NCBI GenBank assembly: GCA_040954595.2
Contig: CM082593.2
Coordinates: 8,344,043 to 8,408,042 of the forward strand
Length of the DNA stretch: 64,000 nucleotides
Direction: 5' to 3'
DNA from: Balanoglossus misakiensis
Taxonomy: Eukaryota > Animalia > Hemichordata
Shown here: piece after piece, positions 62,527 to 64,000 of the stretch
Layout: each line of letters opens with the position of its first letter
How positions within the stretch are numbered: position 1 is the first letter of the stretch
Notes under the pieces: model-generated
What the model was told of the DNA's origin: nothing
The model's database searches: none
Seen by the model: only the letters and a program-made list of their open reading frames with translations
Program-made: the position numbers and the translations under genes

Positions 62527-64000
62527 TGTACGCTTAGTTGTAAACCTAGGTAACAAGATAAATATGCATGCGTGTGCATGTTATAAAGAATGGCTGCCGT
62601 TTACGTCATGAAACCTGGAGAAGTCGCTGATAGTAACAAACACGATTTGCAGCCGGCGATTGTGGCTAACGTTCTGGACGCGAGATTGTAACTGGTTATT
62701 ATTACCTGGTTGCACCTCAAACGATTATCATAGCTGATAAGAATAAACATTTCCCTAAATACACGAAATGAAAACGGGCTGCAGTTATAATATCGACAAG
62801 ATGCGTTAATTCGCAGCTCAGACAAAGTCGATCTGTTTTTGGCACAAGTTTTGTTTTCTGTTGTAGTCGTACATAGTATGGCAACTGTCGTTTAGCCTAA
62901 AGCGTGAGTCTGGCTGTGCGTTTCTACTTGTTCCCAGATATCTTTGTTTGTGGTTCTTGCTTCGACGTGGGTGTAGAAACAGACAGCGATTATACATTGA
63001 TAATAACCCATGTCTAGTAATGCTGGGCCCATGTAGCTGGGGCGTGCAAGTACAGAAACGCATTCAAGTTTGGTATTAGGCCTATATGTATATCCCACAC
63101 TGTGTTAATGTGAGTCAAGAACGTGGAATATGTCAGTAAAGAGCGTGAAACTCTATTACAATTAAAACACTGAACTGCTCAAGCATACAATATATTTTTA
63201 ATTGGATTACACAGACACACGGACAGACAGGCACACACAGGCACAGACAGACAGACAGACAGACAGACACACACATACACACATTATATACATACATATA
63301 AATATATATTATTTACGAGTGGATGTAATGTGGTGGCTACAGCCAAGAGACGTACAGCTCAACCAATTTCGAATTCATGCTACCTTTAAGTCATAAATAT
63401 AGTATCTTTTTTTTTCTTTACAACCTCCCGCCATCCGCTTCATTAAGTATTCATAGCATGCGTACAGGAAATCATGATTCCGTAGTGGAGTGCCTTTATA
63501 ATATTTTACATCAGACCCTTGATCACCTGCGCAAAACACTCCCTAGTGACAGTGTCGCCATACGCCCAAAGAGAAAATCGTCCGATAAATTCGTTAACGG
63601 GGTGATGCGTGCGTGCTCCCAAGTACTATTGCTTTGAGGAAATTGCTCGCTGTGAACGTTTGAGTAATTTGACGCCCTAGTTCTTTATTAGATGTTTCGA
63701 ACGTGTCGTCTGCAAAATTAGAGAGTGAACCCAGAAGAAAGACCACGGCGGAAATGAAGCACAAATTAAACTGTGCGGCGACAGTAAACCACGACAAATT
63801 TTCCCGTGGAAGCGAACAGAGGGCCGTGTTTGATTGGAAGACGTGCTTAATTACATCGATGATTTGTGATACCATCCACAAAATTGACGGACAGAATTTC
63901 TCCAAAACGATCGGCAGTTGGTTTGCAGCACGTTAATTCAAGCATAAAATTACCAAGTTAAGGGGTATGGGGAATGGGAGCCGTTGCAGCGTGAATGAGC

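Noticed and set aside
61979-63936. ORFs of 60-150 aa near the right edge
   Set aside because: No motifs or consistent exon chain; several derive from microsatellites.
1-64000. tRNA, rRNA or snRNA genes and autonomous transposase/RT ORFs
   Set aside because: None recognised by eye; a covariance-model search would be needed to exclude small RNAs.

Overview
AT-rich, intron-containing animal genomic DNA. Gene content and repeat style suggest a marine invertebrate deuterostome (inference). I rebuilt five gene loci by hand from splice signals and reading-frame phase. (1) The 5' part of a SAM-less, SMSr/SAMD8-like sphingomyelin-synthase-family gene (minus strand; it runs off the left edge). (2) A complete 4-exon SLC16/MCT-type MFS transporter (+, 465 aa). 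(3) A complete 7-exon gene (-, 335 aa) for an N-myristoylation-motif, calcineurin-B/CHP-like EF-hand protein fused to a C-terminal death domain. (4) Three tandem, near-identical cyclin-O-like genes (+), head-to-head with gene 3. (5) A complete CXXC-containing TET dioxygenase gene (-, 9 coding exons, about 1716 aa) with a CpG-rich upstream region. Introns and intergenic DNA hold many MITEs (TTAA/Kolobok-type, TA-flanked, 9-bp-TSD), a decayed Penelope GIY-YIG remnant, and long hairpins with repeated CTCG/CTCG mismatches. The strongest leads are the EF-hand/death-domain fusion, the cyclin-O-like array, the TET R-x-S to R-x-A change with its PxDL repeat array, and the mismatched hairpins. Family assignments come from motif recognition from memory; no database search was run.
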